Shown here one piece after another: positions 1 to 53,700 of a stretch of 64,000 bases of DNA. The stretch is from assembly GCF_006345805.1 (NCBI RefSeq), contig NC_043007.1:14446001-14510000 (forward strand), given 5' to 3'. The notes under the pieces are model-generated. The model saw nothing but the letters and a program-made list of their open reading frames with translations. It made no database searches and was not told the DNA's origin. Both the position numbers and the translations under genes were made by a program. The DNA comes from Octopus sinensis (taxonomy: Eukaryota). Every line of letters starts with the position of its first letter. The first letter of the stretch is position 1.

Positions 1-23
1 AGATCAAGTCACTCGCTATGCAA
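1..23 (+). CDS. CEP128: Possible 3' end of the preceding CEP128-like exon (..IKSLAMQ)
   Basis: atc aag tca ctc gct atg caa|gtacat would join phase 0 to VEELQNH at 174 through a 150-bp intron; the donor is weak. Confidence 0.45.
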
Positions 24-173
24 GTACATCTCCGGAATTAAATACAGTTATCTTGTTAGGTAAAATTGGGCAGGTGAGGGCTGCTTCTCTAGAATGCACT
101 GCTTCTGGTAGAATTTGAACCAACTGCACAACTATTGTACTACTGTCTCTAATACCAGGATTTTTGTTGCTAG

Positions 174-40134
<39,961 letters not shown>

Positions 40135-40210
40135 TCCTTTGGATGATGACAACCTACCCAAGGCCAAATCTGGTTTTATAAAACAAGCTTCCCATTTTAA
40201 AATTATCTAT

Positions 40211-40216
40211 AATAAA
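40211..40216 (+). promoter_or_regulatory. Candidate poly(A) signal of the CEP128-like gene
   Basis: First AATAAA 77 nt after the stop; further AATAAA near 40796 and 41113. Confidence 0.4.
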
Positions 40217-40370
40217 AGCTACCGTTTAATTTTCATGTTAATTTGTGATCCAAATACTAGCTTAATAGCAACTAAATACTTCATTCCTTTCAAAATTAAT
40301 TGAAAAAAGACAGCTTATTTCTGTAGAAATATGGTAACAAAAGGGTCAACTGACATCAATTTAACATTTA

Positions 40371-40570
40371 ACCAGTCGACATGATAGAACATTAGCCACT
40401 ACACACATTTTTTTTCTCTCCTTGTTTTTTTCTGTGTCCCTTTCTGTAGAAGAGCGTAGGCTTGAAACGTAAAAGACTTTTCCTATTCCTGAGCGTTATA
40501 CAAATACACTTGTTTGTTTTGTACACCACCTGTCTTCGTCTTTTGTTTTTTTCATAAACTCTCCCTAACA
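40371..40570 (+). mobile_element. Short Penelope-like terminal fragment with hammerhead-like motif; related copy at about 54990-55135
   Basis: cttt-CTGTAGA-agagc-gtag-gctt-GAAAC-GTA-aaag; the downstream flank is homologous between the two copies. Confidence 0.45.
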
Positions 40571-41237
40571 TTTAACCATATACTTTCTTCAACATGAAGG
40601 TTTCCAATTTTTAGAATTAGTACTTTAGAGCTTTTTTTAATACACACACACACACACATCTGTGCGTGTGTGTGTGTGTTTGTTGTGTGTAAAAAACATT
40701 CAAATTGTAATGACAATTAACCTAAGAGTTAGGAACTCCAAAAAATGGTGATGGTCTGTGTTGGCAATTAGTGAGCATAAATCTATTCAAAAACGGAATA
40801 AAATGGTGAACTATGGAGAAAAGTTCAATATTTTAGAAAAGAAAAAAAATCTGGTGAAACATTTCCATCAACTTTTTCTGAACCATTTACATCACTACTT
40901 AGCCTGTTCAAAAGCCACAACTCTGAGAAAGATGGTGATTTGTTGCAGCTATTATTCAAAATAATCTGAGCAAAGAGAAGTTAACTCAACAATATGAACA
41001 TAAGCACCAAACACATATATTTTCATATCCATTCATCTCATGATAAACAGATGAGTATATAATCAATTTGATTGATTACAATTGGAAATTTGTATTTTTT
41101 CCTTTCTATTAAAATAAAAATATTTAAACTGACTAAAATTTATATTTACTTCACCATCACAGAAATTGTTATTAAATCCTTTTGATATCAGCCCACCTGA
41201 CACAAAACTCTTGTTCTTTGGATACTAACTTGTTGTT

Positions 41238-41439
41238 TTAACTCTTTAGCATTCAGATTTTTGAAAAATGTAATGCTTATTTAGTCGCATTCATTTCAAT
41301 TAATCATGCTTACGAACCACATGGTTCCGGGTTCAGTCCCACTGCGTGGCACCATGGGCAAGTGTCTTCTACTATAGCTTCGGGCCGACCAAAGCCATGT
41401 AAGTGGATTTGGGAGACAGAAACTGAAAGAAGCCCATCT

Positions 41440-41494
<55 letters not shown>

Positions 41495-42228
41495 GTATGT
41501 GTGTGTGTGTGTGTGTGTGTATGTTTGTGTTTGTCCCCGTAACTTAGCGGTTTGGCAAAGAGAATGATAAAATAAGTACTAGGCTTACAAAGAATAAGTC
41601 CTGGGGTCGATTTGCTCGACTAAAGGCGGTGCTCCAGCATGGCCACAGTCAAATGACTGAAACAAGTAAAAGAGTATGCATTACCTTGTAGCCTTGAGAT
41701 TACAATGATGTGATTGTGTATTTCTAGAATAATACTGTAGGGTAAATGTGAGAGGCTGGATTTGGCCAGTTTCAACATAAAACAGAATATTTTGCCCGGA
41801 TATACTCTTTACTCTTTTACTTGTTTCAGTCATTTGACTGCGGCCATGCTAGAGCACCACCTTTAATCGAGCAACTCGACCCCGGGACTTATTCTTTGTA
41901 AGCCCAGTACTTATTCTATCGGTCTCTTTTTGCCAAACCGCTAAGTGACGGGGACATAAACACACCACCATCGGTTGTCAAGCAATGCTAGGGGGACAAA
42001 CACAGACACACAAACATATATATATATATATATACATATATCCGACAGGTTTCTTTCAGTTTCTGTCTATCAAATCCACTCACAAGGCTTTGGTCGGCCC
42101 GAGGTTATAGTAGAAGACACTTGCACAAGGTGCCACGCAGTGGGACTGAACCCGGAACCATGTGGTTGGTAAGCAAGCTACTTACCACACAGCCACTCCT
42201 ATGGCTGGTTTAAATGCTAAAAGGTTAA
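41238..42228. mobile_element. TTAA MITE (CCCTTTAGCATT family) split by two oppositely oriented SINEs; family copies also at 49476-49704 and 59095-59505
   Basis: Termini TTAACTCTTTAGCATT and AATGCTAAAAGGTTAA; the MITE body resumes after each SINE. Confidence 0.75.
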
Positions 42229-42489
42229 AAAGAACAACAACTCTCCCTTCAAAACTTAATTTATGTTCCAAACACCAGCTTAATAATGACAAAAGTTTAC
42301 TAAATTCTTGACTGTTTTCAGAATTATTTGAAACAAAGTGGTTGGTGTTAGGAAGGACACCCAGCCTTAGAAAACCTTGCCAAATCAGACTGGAGTCTGG
42401 TGCAGCCTTCCAGCGTGCCAACTCTGGTCAAACTGGACAACCAATGCCAGCATGGACAACAGACATTAAATGATGATGATTATTCCACC

Positions 42490-42720
42490 CACCTTTACTA
42501 CTGTAGCACAAAGAAGGGTAGTATTTGCCGGCCACTGCTATTTTGTTGCAGCAACAGGCCTTATCAGATGTTATATTTTGGAGACTTCTACATCCTAATG
42601 GAAGACCACTGAAGTACATCGATGTAACTGGCAGAGACGCATGACATGAAACTGAGGACCTACCAGAGTTCCTTGGCACAGCATTGTGACACAGCAAAGA
42701 AAGTCTACAATATATATGAC
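42490..42720 (+). mobile_element. Decayed RTE-type LINE fragment
   Basis: RRVVFAGHC and PLKYIDV..EDLP remnants in shifted frames. Confidence 0.5.
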
Positions 42721-43419
42721 TGCTTGTACCACAATTACTTAGTCATAGTAAGCCAAACTAAATCCACTGTATTGAACAGTTTTAAATGAGTGGCAAAGTT
42801 ATTAACAACAAATGATGAGGAATTAAAGCCAAGTCACTGAAGCCACGGCTTGGATTCAGAAGTCCTCAAAATTTGAAAATTATAAAAAGGTTTTAAATTC
42901 CACGCTTAGCAATATTATTAACAGGTATCTTGTATGCTTAGCAGTTAATTGGTTATATTAACTTCATCATCATCATTTAACGTCCGCTTTCCATGCTAGC
43001 AAGGGTTGGACGATTTGACTGGTGGACCAGATGGCTGCACCAGGCTCCAATCTGATCTGGCAGAGTTTCTACAGCTGGATGCCCTTCCTAACGCCAACCA
43101 CTCCGAGAGTGTAGTGAGTGCTTTTACATGCCACTGGCGGCACGAGGGCCAGTTTGGTGGTACTGGCAACAGCCACGCCCAAATGGTGCTTTTTACGTGC
43201 CACCTGCACAGGAGCCAGTCCAGCGGCACTGGTAACGATCTCGCTCGAATGTTTCATGTGCCACCAGCACAAGTGCTAGTAAGGCGACGCGATAACGGTC
43301 ACACTCGAATGGTGCGGTTAATTTAGAAAATAAATCGGAATAAAACTGCTTTAGCAGTTAGTAGCATTGAGAGATCCTTATCATACTAACTGAAAATTCA
43401 ACAATTTTCTTTTTTTTTT

Positions 43420-44560
43420 TACAGTGTTAACAAAATTTATTACAATTAAATTCAAAATGATATTTTCATAAATAAAAATTATAAATTAAAATATTATGTA
43501 CATTAAATAGAAAAAGTTCAAATATGAAGTTCAGTCCGTCAATCTCTCCATTCAAAGTGAGAAATTATATAAAACCAAGAACAAAGACACAAAAGGAAAA
43601 AGAGAAACAGAACAGCTGGATGAGAGAGAGAGAGAGACAGAGAAAGAGACAGAGAGAGCAAGAGGTGGAAGAAGAAAAGAGAGCGAAATGAAAAATTCTA
43701 ACTTGTAAATGAGAAGCTTTATAAGCAACTTCTCCAGCAAATTTGGTTTGAACATCATAGAGATTCCGAAACATGATTTTTTTTTTTTTTTGAGTGGGGG
43801 AAAGGGGATTTAGCTAAAATGGGTGACAAAAAAAAATAATGAAATAAAAAAAAAAAAGACAAATATTTCAATAAATAAAGAAAGAAAATGTTAGTTTAAG
43901 GGAAGTTAAACAAAAAAAAAAAAATCAAACTGTTTTAATGCACAATATTTAAAACAATATATATATTATATCAAGCATTTTCTTGATGGTAATAGCAAAT
44001 ATGAAGAGTTTTTTTTTTATATTGCCAGAACACCCCACCCCCCCATACATACACACGCACACACATGCAGACACACACACACACACTGCAGTATGGAAAT
44101 GGGGGTGGGGGGAAGAAAGAACAAATTGGTTTCCTGATGGTGTCAGCATAAGTTATCCTTCCAAACATTTCACACTCTTTTTTTTAAGTATTACAAATGC
44201 AATATGCTCCACAAACAAATAAATAAATACAACATATGGTTGCCTTTTTTTTCTCCTTCTTTTTCGGAGAGGGAAGGATGACTTTCGTACTATGTCACTA
44301 AATCATAAAGACCGTCAAAAGAAACACAAAAAAAAAAAAAAGAAATGATAAAAAAAAAAAAAAAAAAGGAAAAGAAAAACTGTAGGTAGGTTGATTTGTC
44401 CTGAGATAGCTGCTGGCTGACATCTGACAGGTGTGCAGAGTAGGAGTTACATCAAATGGACAAGGTCTGGCAGGTCGTTCCAGTGGTGCGGAGAAATTGC
44501 GAACCAGCTCTTCGTTACAGTAGCCATAAACAGGTCACAGCTGGCTTCAAGCAAATTCAA
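43420..44560 (-). promoter_or_regulatory. Probable UBR1/2 3' UTR with candidate poly(A) signal
   Basis: Free of interspersed TEs and U-rich on the - strand; AATAAA at 43441-43436; Pumilio-type UGUACAUA at 43502-43495. Confidence 0.5.
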
Positions 44561-44702
44561 TTACAAATTCCACCATTCATAGCTGACCTGGCTGTTATTG
44601 GACTCAAGATTGTGGACAATAGTTTCTGGAATTTCATGCTGGAACCAAAGGCGGTGCAACTGCTTGTAGTGTTCTTCGCTGAGACAGAGGGGATTGCCTC
44701 TC
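44561..44702 (-). CDS. UBR2: UBR1/2 terminal coding exon
   Basis: tttcag|G..TAA; RGNPLCLSEEHYKQLHRLWFQHEIPETIVHNLESNNSQVSYEWWNL*. Confidence 0.95.
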
Positions 44703-47700
44703 CTGAAAAACAAATTAGAAAGATTTTTTTATTAGAGTTAAGAAACTAAATGGGGGAAACTATTGCATAATGGAATGATTAATTGCATATTTATTCTGAA
44801 CACTTAAAAGCACCCAGTCCACACTGTAAAGGGGTTGGTGTTCAGAAGGGCATCCAGCTGTAAAAAACCTTGCCAAAATTTACCTCACCTGTGCTTGTCA
44901 TCATCATCATCGTTTAACGTTTGTTTTCCATGCTAGCATGGGTTGGACGATTCGACCGGGGTCTGCCTGGGAAGCCAGGAGGCTGCACCAGGCTCGTCTG
45001 ATCTGGCAGCATTTCTACAGCTGGATGTCCTTCCTAACACCAACCACTCCGTGAGTGTAGTGGGTGCTTTTTACATGCCACCGGCACAGGTGCCAGGGGA
45101 GGCTGGCAACGGCCACGATTGGTTGGTGCCTTTTACATGCCACTGGCACAGCACGAAGTCCACTCTGCTGAGTGGTTGGTGTTAGGAAGGGCATCCAAAC
45201 TGCCAAAACAGTCACAGAAGTCTGGTGGAGGCTTCGGCCTGGCCAGCTTTTGTGGTAGCATCCCACATGGATGTTAAATGATGATGATGATGACATCTAG
45301 GCAGGTTCAGAAGCAAAATATGCTAATCAGTATAACGCATGTCATAGGAGAATGACTTCTTCCTTTTATGACAGTCCGTTCAATACACTCAGCTTATTGG
45401 TACAGCATTCTGGGACACTGGTCTTTTGACATAGAGCCATTTCATCAGCCAGAAGCAGTTGAAACCCTAGGCCTAGACAAAGCTGCTGGCTTTGTTTATA
45501 CTTTCAGATCTGCAGGCTGATAAAAAAATTGTTCTTTGAACACTGTACAGTGAGATCTGCTAAGATTAATCCCATACTTATTCATGACTAGCAGTATCGC
45601 CCGGCGTTGCTCGGGTTTGTAAGGGAAATAACTATATAAGCATTTTTAGAGATGTAAAGTATAATAGCCATCTCAATATGGCTAAACACAAAGGGGGGGG
45701 GTTACTGTAGCTTTTTACGTTCTGAGATTTAATAATAAATTTTTAGAGAGTTACTTCCCTTATATATGCCAAAAATGCATTAAAAATGGGAAAAATTGAT
45801 GGTAAATTTTTTTTTAAATCGTAGACTCATGCTAATACCCAGAAGGGCTCGATATGAATCACGACTATAAGATACCCGGTTTTGGTTAAACTGCACCGCA
45901 AAATGTGGGAGCAGTTAGGAATCTAAATCGTAGGAGACAGACAGCACACAACCTCTCTTTTATATATAAAGATATATCTAAGCAGGTTCAGAAGCAAAAT
46001 ATTCTGGTCATTGTAGTGTACATCATAGGAGGAGAATAACTTCTCCCTTTTACGACAATAGTGCCTTTTGTTGTATAAGGGTCCCTTCAATTGGGAGTTG
46101 AGATATTATTGTTTCAGTTCAGGACAGTTAGGTAAAAAAAAAAAATGGTGTGGATGAGAAGTTTGCTTTCCAACCATGTGGCCTTGGATTCAGTCCTACT
46201 GTGGTGAACCTTGGGCAAGTCTTCTACTACAGTCCCAGACTGACCAAAGCCTTGAGAGTGGATTTGGTAGACAGAAACTGAAAGAAACCAATCATATAGT
46301 GTGTGTGTGTGTGTGTGTGAGCATTTATGTACCACCACCACTTGACAACTGGTGTTGGTGTGTTTACATCCCTGTAACTTAGCCATTCAGCAAAAGACCC
46401 TGGTAGAATAAGTACCAGGCTTTACAAAAAAAAAAATGCCTACGGTTGATTCATTTCACAAAAAAATCCTTGATGGGGGTGCCCCAGCATGGCCACAGTC
46501 TAATAACTGAAACTAGTAACAGATAAAATATATAAAATATTTTAAGAGGTGAAATGATGAAGAACTGGGCTCGAGATCCGTCAGTAACACTGCAGCTCCA
46601 CTGTTTTAGGGGAAGTATTTGAGACAAGATGAATGAAAGAGCAGAGGTTTGTGAAAATAAATATTAAAAAATTATAAGAGTATTGATGAAAACATAACAA
46701 GGGACTCACTTTAGCAGCTGATCAGTTTCCCCATAATCATCAAGGTAGGGAGCTGTTTGAAAACAGCCTTTGTTCTGGCCAGCTAGCAAAAATATCTGAC
46801 AATCACGTATTCTACAAAGAAAGACCAAAAAAAAAAAAAATCAGCAAACAATTTCATAAAAACAATTATTTAATGTTTATTAAACATTACCTATTTCTTT
46901 TACTACCCACAAGGGGCCAAACACAGAAGGAACAAACGGATTAAGTCGATTAGATCAACCCCAGTACGTAACTGGTACTTATTTAATCGACCCTGAAAGG
47001 ATGAAAGGCAAAGTCGACCTCGGCAGAATTTGAACTCAGAACGTAGTGGCAGACGAAATACTGCTAAACATTTCACCCGGCGTGCTAACGTTTCTGCCAG
47101 TTCGCCGCCTTATTAAACATTACCATTGTCAGTTTAATGTCACTTTTCTACATTGCTAAAACGGCCAGGACAACTTTGTTAACCCTTTTGTTACGGTATT
47201 TATTTCAAGATGCTCTGTGTTTCTTTCAATTACTTTAAATATAACAAAGAATTTAGTAAAATAACTTAGTTATCATTCAGCTAGTGTTAGGAACATAAAT
47301 TGTGACCAAGGTTTGGTGGAAGATTTTAATTCAAAAATTATGAAAACAAGGCATTTGTACTCAGAGCCAAAGCCGATTTCAGGGATAAACAGCATGTTTG
47401 TTCCCATGAGTTCTGCATTATTGTACCTGCACTGTTTAAATTTCAGAAATTTGACTTCATCACCAACAACTCTACTGCCAGAATGGCCTAATTCTTCAAG
47501 GAGCATTGTCCAGTGTCGCTAATGTTGTCCATAATAGTGTAGTCATCATCCTAACTGCATCAAATATGAGCTCACAAAGGAGCCTCTGCACAGTCTATCT
47601 ACTGAAAGCTAACACCCAACTTACTCTTCAATTACATTTTACAGTCTTAGAAAAAAAAATTTAAAAAAAAGGACATTTGAAAATTTTAGTCCTAGATACA

Positions 47701-50700
47701 CTGTGTGAACAAAAGACAGAATGGCTAGAATGTCTTTGATTATAAGTTTGCAAGAACAGGTCTGACCTGAGATTAAGCAATAATACCCAAATGTTTTCAG
47801 GTTCCCCATTACAATTCAATATTGCGTATTTAGCAGACCAAACTGAATTCAGTCCACTACAGAGAAATAAACACGTCCCATAATCATACAGTTATTAGTT
47901 TATAATCAGACTGATACAGGGTTTATATACTGGTCTCAAATTTTGACACAAGGCCAGCAAGCTCAGGGGAAGGAGTAAGTCAATTACATCGACCCCAGTA
48001 TGCAACTGGTACTTATTTTATCAACTGTGGAAGGATGAAAGACAAAGTCAATCTTGGAATTTGAGAAGCCCAGTGTGCTAATGATTCTGTCAGCGGTGAA
48101 CTGGCAGAATCGTTAGCACGCCAGGCAAAATGCTTAGCGGTATTTTGTCTGCCGTTACATTCTGAGTTCAAATTCCACCAAGGTCGACTTTGCCTTTCAT
48201 CCTTTTGAGGTCGATAAATTAAGTACCAGTTACGCACTGGGGTCGATGTAATCGACTTAATCCCTTTGTCTGTCCTTGTTTGTCCTCTCTGTGTTTAGCC
48301 CCTTGTGGGTAGTAAAGAAATAGGTATTTCGTCTGCTGTTACGTTCTGAGTTCAAATTCCGCTGAGGTCAACTTTGCCTTTCATCCTTTCGGGGTCGATA
48401 AATTAAGTACCAGTTACGCACTGGGGTCGATGTAATCAACTTAATCCGTGTGTCTGTCCTTGTTTGTCCCCTCTATGTTTAGCCCCTTGTGGGTGGTAAA
48501 GAAATAGGATTCTGTCAGCTCACAGCCTTATAGGGCTTATCTATTAAATTCACCTGCTTATCAACCATACAATGGGACAGATTAGTATAAAATATAAATT
48601 CAATGACATTTGTGTATGCACATACAAGCCATATTTACCTGAGGAATATCCCAATACCAGCACCGCAAACATGTGAGTGTGCAGTTGCTGCACCAACTAA
48701 TTTTTTGTCCACTTCTACTTGACAACAGTAGCTATGGGAACAGAGGACTTGACCACAGACAAGGCACATTGTTGGTACACGGCTCTCATCTCCAGATGAC
48801 CGGGGACAGCTGTGGAAGGGGAGAAAAAAAACAAGATTACAAATAAACTGCATAACATTAGAACTGCAGAACAGTAAACAACCAACGACCTCAATCAGTA
48901 AACAACAGTGAACAATTGATTATTTCCAGCCTCTGGGTGTGATACGTTAATATTTAGCTCCAATGTTTTACAGATTGTTGCTTTCCAGACTCACCCATAT
49001 GCGTGTACGTGTATATGTATGCATGCATAAATATCAATACATATACATAGGTGAAAGAGAGGAAGAGGGAGAAAGATAACAAGACAGAGAGAGAGACAGA
49101 CAGATAGATAGATATATAGTTAGCAAGCTAGATAGATAGATCGACAGACAGACAGACCGTCAGATAGACAGATAAACTGAGACGAAAATAGCTTAGCAAC
49201 TGATCAAAAATTTCTATCAAAAGTTTGATGTCTATTATGTTTCTGAAATGCAAAAGGTAGGCCTTTTCGGTTGTTTGGGATGCTGCATGTAAAGAAATGT
49301 ATTATCGTTGGTCGAAGAGCCAGATACGTTCTTTTAACCAGTTGGGGTCTTAGAATATATTCTGGAATTCGACGCTACTTCATTATCCAACGACTACTGG
49401 ATATACAAAGGAAAGAAGACGAATCTGAAGTATGACTTGCCCCAACACCAATTGATACCAGTTTTATGTTAGTGTTTAATTCTTCAGCATTTAAACTGAC
49501 CATATCCGGCCAAAAATATCCTACGTGTTTCGTGTTCAGACTGACCTGATCCAGCCTATCACACCTACTCTACAATGTCATTTGAACAGTAAACAATCGC
49601 ATCATCAAAATCTCAAAGCTAAGAGATAATGCAGGATTAATTCAAAAGAGTGTAAATAAATAAGCATTACATTTGACAGGAGAATCTGAACGCTAAAGGG
49701 TTAATAATGGCTGGATAAGTCGAAACACACTAATCTTCTGCTATACATCTTGACATCTAAACAGCTGAAACCCCAAATCAGCCATTGTTGGACAAATGTA
49801 TCTGAGGGTGTTTCTAATTACAGAAAAAGGAGTTTGAGCGGTTACTCTTGTATGTGTATATGTGTGCCCATATTTAGGAAGATATTTTGAAAATAGATGG
49901 CAGATGTGATTAATTTATTTACTTTGTAGGGTTAGAGATGTATTAATAGTGGCAACTCAGACTGCAGCATGGACAAAGATGTCTCCATGAGGCTTGCAAA
50001 AGCAGAAGCCTCACTTTAGCTGACTTAGGACACATGTGTGGGCCGAACGAGGCATCAGACTTTCCACCAAGCTGGCAGTCTATAGGGCAGTTGTCATCAC
50101 ATCTCTGCTCTACAGCGGTGGACGTGGACGCTGTATAAGAGGCAAATGCAAGTACTTGACCAGTTCAACCTCTGCTGCTTACGATGAATCATGGGAATTT
50201 CCTGGGAGAACAGAGTCTCCAACACTGAGGTGCTTCGCAGAGCCGAAACATCTGGGATCGAAGCCCTTATCATGAAGGTCCAGCTCTGGTGGGTCGGACA
50301 TGTAGTCCGAATGGTCGACGTACGTCTACCAAAGATGACCTTCTTCCCTGAGCTGGGTTCCGGAGCAAGAAACCCTGGAAGACCACTGAAGCGATTCAAG
50401 GAGAGCCTGAAAACTTCCCTTGAGGCCTGCAGCACCTGGCATCCAGCTGTCCAAAAAGGTGTTAGGCTGTTCGAGGAAAAGCACCTCAAGAGCCTGGACC
50501 CGAAGCGACAAGCCCGAAAAGAGAGGATCCCCAACCCTACTTCTGCTGTTACGTGCCCAACATGTGGCTGCATCAGCGTGTCCGCCTTTGGGCTCCACTC
50601 CAACTTCAGGCGTCACTGACGTCATTATCGAACCCAACAGACTTCCATTATAATATTGGCAATTAGACTTACGTGTAACTTGAAACTTGATTCATTAGTT

Positions 50701-53700
50701 CACTGTAATCTTTAGGTAACTTGACCAAATGATTCAGCGGTAAAGGATATCTAATAATCTTCTGGTTACTTGCTGTGAAGTGGTCTTTGATGGATGGATG
50801 GCTGCACCACCTGTGGAAAGATACAAATTATGAAGAAACTGAAGAAACAACACATACATACATCCACACATATAAATATTGTAGGTAGAGAAAGAGGAGC
50901 AGGCATGGTTGTATGGTTAAGAACTTCACTTCACAGCCTTGTGGTTTCGTGATTGGTCCAATTGTGTAACATCTTAGACGTTTACCATAATCTCCAGTTG
51001 ATTAATGCAATGTGAATGGAATTGGTAGACGAAAACCATATTGAAGCTTGTGCGTGTGTATAAATGCTAGTTCTGCATGTTCCTCATTAACCGTGATCGA
51101 CCAGGCTATCAGATGTTGCTACACATCGCTGGTCACAATGCGCTTTGCATTGTTTTAGCCTTCAAATGATGCCACCCCGCTGGCTAAGCGAGCAGGCCAA
51201 CAGAAGAAAGAGTGAGAGAAAGTTGTGGCGAAAGAGTACAGCAGGTGTTTTCACTCAATAAACACTCACAACGCCTGGTCTGGGAATCGAAACTGCGATC
51301 CTACGACCGCAAGTCCGCTGCCTTAACTACAGGGCCATTGTGCCTCCACTCCTCATTAACACCAAGCAAAAAATAGTGACGTCCACATTCTCCAATAAAC
51401 AAACAATCTGTAGTTCAGCAGACAAAAGCAGACCAGTAGAGTGAAAAATAGCCAACATGTAAAACAAGTAAGAGTTGGTGACAGGAAGAGCATCCGCTTG
51501 TAGAAAATCTGCTTCAATAAGTTTTTGTCTTACCTTAGCATGGAAGGTGGACATTAACTGATGATGATGGTTGGACTTCAAGCAATGTTAATAATTGTTA
51601 GCAGTGAAAGGCCAAACAAAGTTATCTTTGTTTAATTAAGTATTACATATGTTCATTAATTAGAGATTTTGATATGAATTTATAGAGGACCTAGTTTTAG
51701 AACAACGACATTTCTAAAAGGATTTATGTGAAAAAAAAAAAAAAAGCATTATTAAAAAGAAAGATTAACAAACCTAGCCATGAGTTCAGAAATAATATCT
51801 CCTTGATTTTCAAATAATGTAGTCAATTTTGTAGGGAGGGCTAGAAATCGACAAATATATTCAAACTGGTTGCTGGAGTTCTCTGAAAGAGAGAGAGAGT
51901 GAGAGATAAAAAAAAGTCAGGGCTTCTAACTTCTTGGCCAGAAATAGTACAACTATTAGTCTAATACAAATAAAACAAAACATGAAACTCAATATTTCAT
52001 TTTTGTGTTTGGTTTGCCAGATTCTTGATGTGAACTCATGTTGAAACATATTCTGCTGTATCTTGGGAGGGTCATAATGCCAATAATAAACACACACACA
52101 AGTATTATTTCACTTCTTTTACTATTATTATTATTATTAGTATGGTGGTAAGCTGGCAGAGTCATTAGCATGCCAGGCAAAATGGTCAACAGCATTTCAT
52201 CCGTCTTTATATGCTAAGTTTAAATTCCACTTTGCCTTCCAAGCCTTGAAGGTCACTAGAATAAGTATTGATGAGCAATGGTGTCCATGTAACCAGCTTA
52301 CCTCTCCTCAGAAAGTGCTAGCCTTGTGTCAAACTTTGAAACCATTATTATTATTATTATTATTGTTGTTATTGTTATTATTATTAGTCAATTGGTTAAT
52401 CATTTAACCAATTGACTAATCAATTGATTGGTCAATCAATCAGATAGATTTGTCAAAGTCCTTTTCTCACTATTTGTAATAAGCCCTCTCAACATCAGGT
52501 CTACTGAAGCAGACAAACCTACCCAATTGATGGATTCACTGAATGATTAATCAAAACACAACCTACTAGTTAATCAGTTAATAGTTAACCAATAGTTGAC
52601 TAATAATAATAAAGGGAGTGAAATAGAAGCAGCGCATGTATTTATTATTCTTTTCTACTCAAGGTACAAGGCCCGAAATGGAGGGAGGAGTCGATTAGAT
52701 CAACCCCAGTACGCAACTGGTACTTAATTTATTGACCCCCCACCCCGGATGAAAGGCAAAATTGATCTCAGTGGAATCTGAACCCAGAACATACAGGCAA
52801 AATATTGCTAAGCATTTCACCCAGCGTGATAACATTTACTTCTTTATTGCCCACAAGGGGCTAAACATAGAGGGGACAAACAAGGACAGACACACGGATT
52901 AAGTCGATTACATCGACCCCAGTGTGTAACTGTTACATAATTTATCGACCCCGAAAGGATGAAAGGCAAAGTCGACCTAGGCGGAATTTGAATTCAGAAT
53001 GTAACGCTAGACGAAATACCACAAAGCATTTCGCCCGGTGTGCTAACGTTTCTGCCAGCTCACCGCTTTAGCGCATATATTTATTATTGGCATAACGTCT
53101 CTCCTGAGATACAACCAAATATTAATTGAATATTATCACAAATGTTTTTTTTTTTTAAATTGACTTTACATAATTCATAAATTTTGTAATTTTACAATTT
53201 CAATCATACAAAATCAAGAAGTAGGTTTGGTTTTGTTCTCCAAAGTTTAGTTTCCTGTTTGTACCAAATGTTGTTATGTTATTTACCTTGAAGCTCAGGA
53301 GGTGTGGAAACTCCTGTAATGCAATGATACATAAGTGCGGCACATCGCAAGAAAGGCAGACAGGCTTGTTTGAGATGAGTGGCGAGTGTCCAAGGACATA
53401 CTTCACACGCATCACAACTCAATCTAGAGTAAATAGACAAGAACAAACGAAACAAGGAGTAAGAAGTCTGAAAGGAACAACACAGCTCAACATAAAAATA
53501 GTTTGAGGAGCATAGACATGATGAACATGGAAGAAAAACAATGGATCTTTTCGGTTTGACCGGCAGTTTTTAACATAATTTCCACGTAACTAAAAAATTT
53601 TAAACTTCGTATACTGGTAGAATGTGTTTATAAAACATCTTTTTCTCTTGGCTTTATTGAGAAAATTCTACAGTTTGTAAGTTATTTGTTGTTTTTTTTT

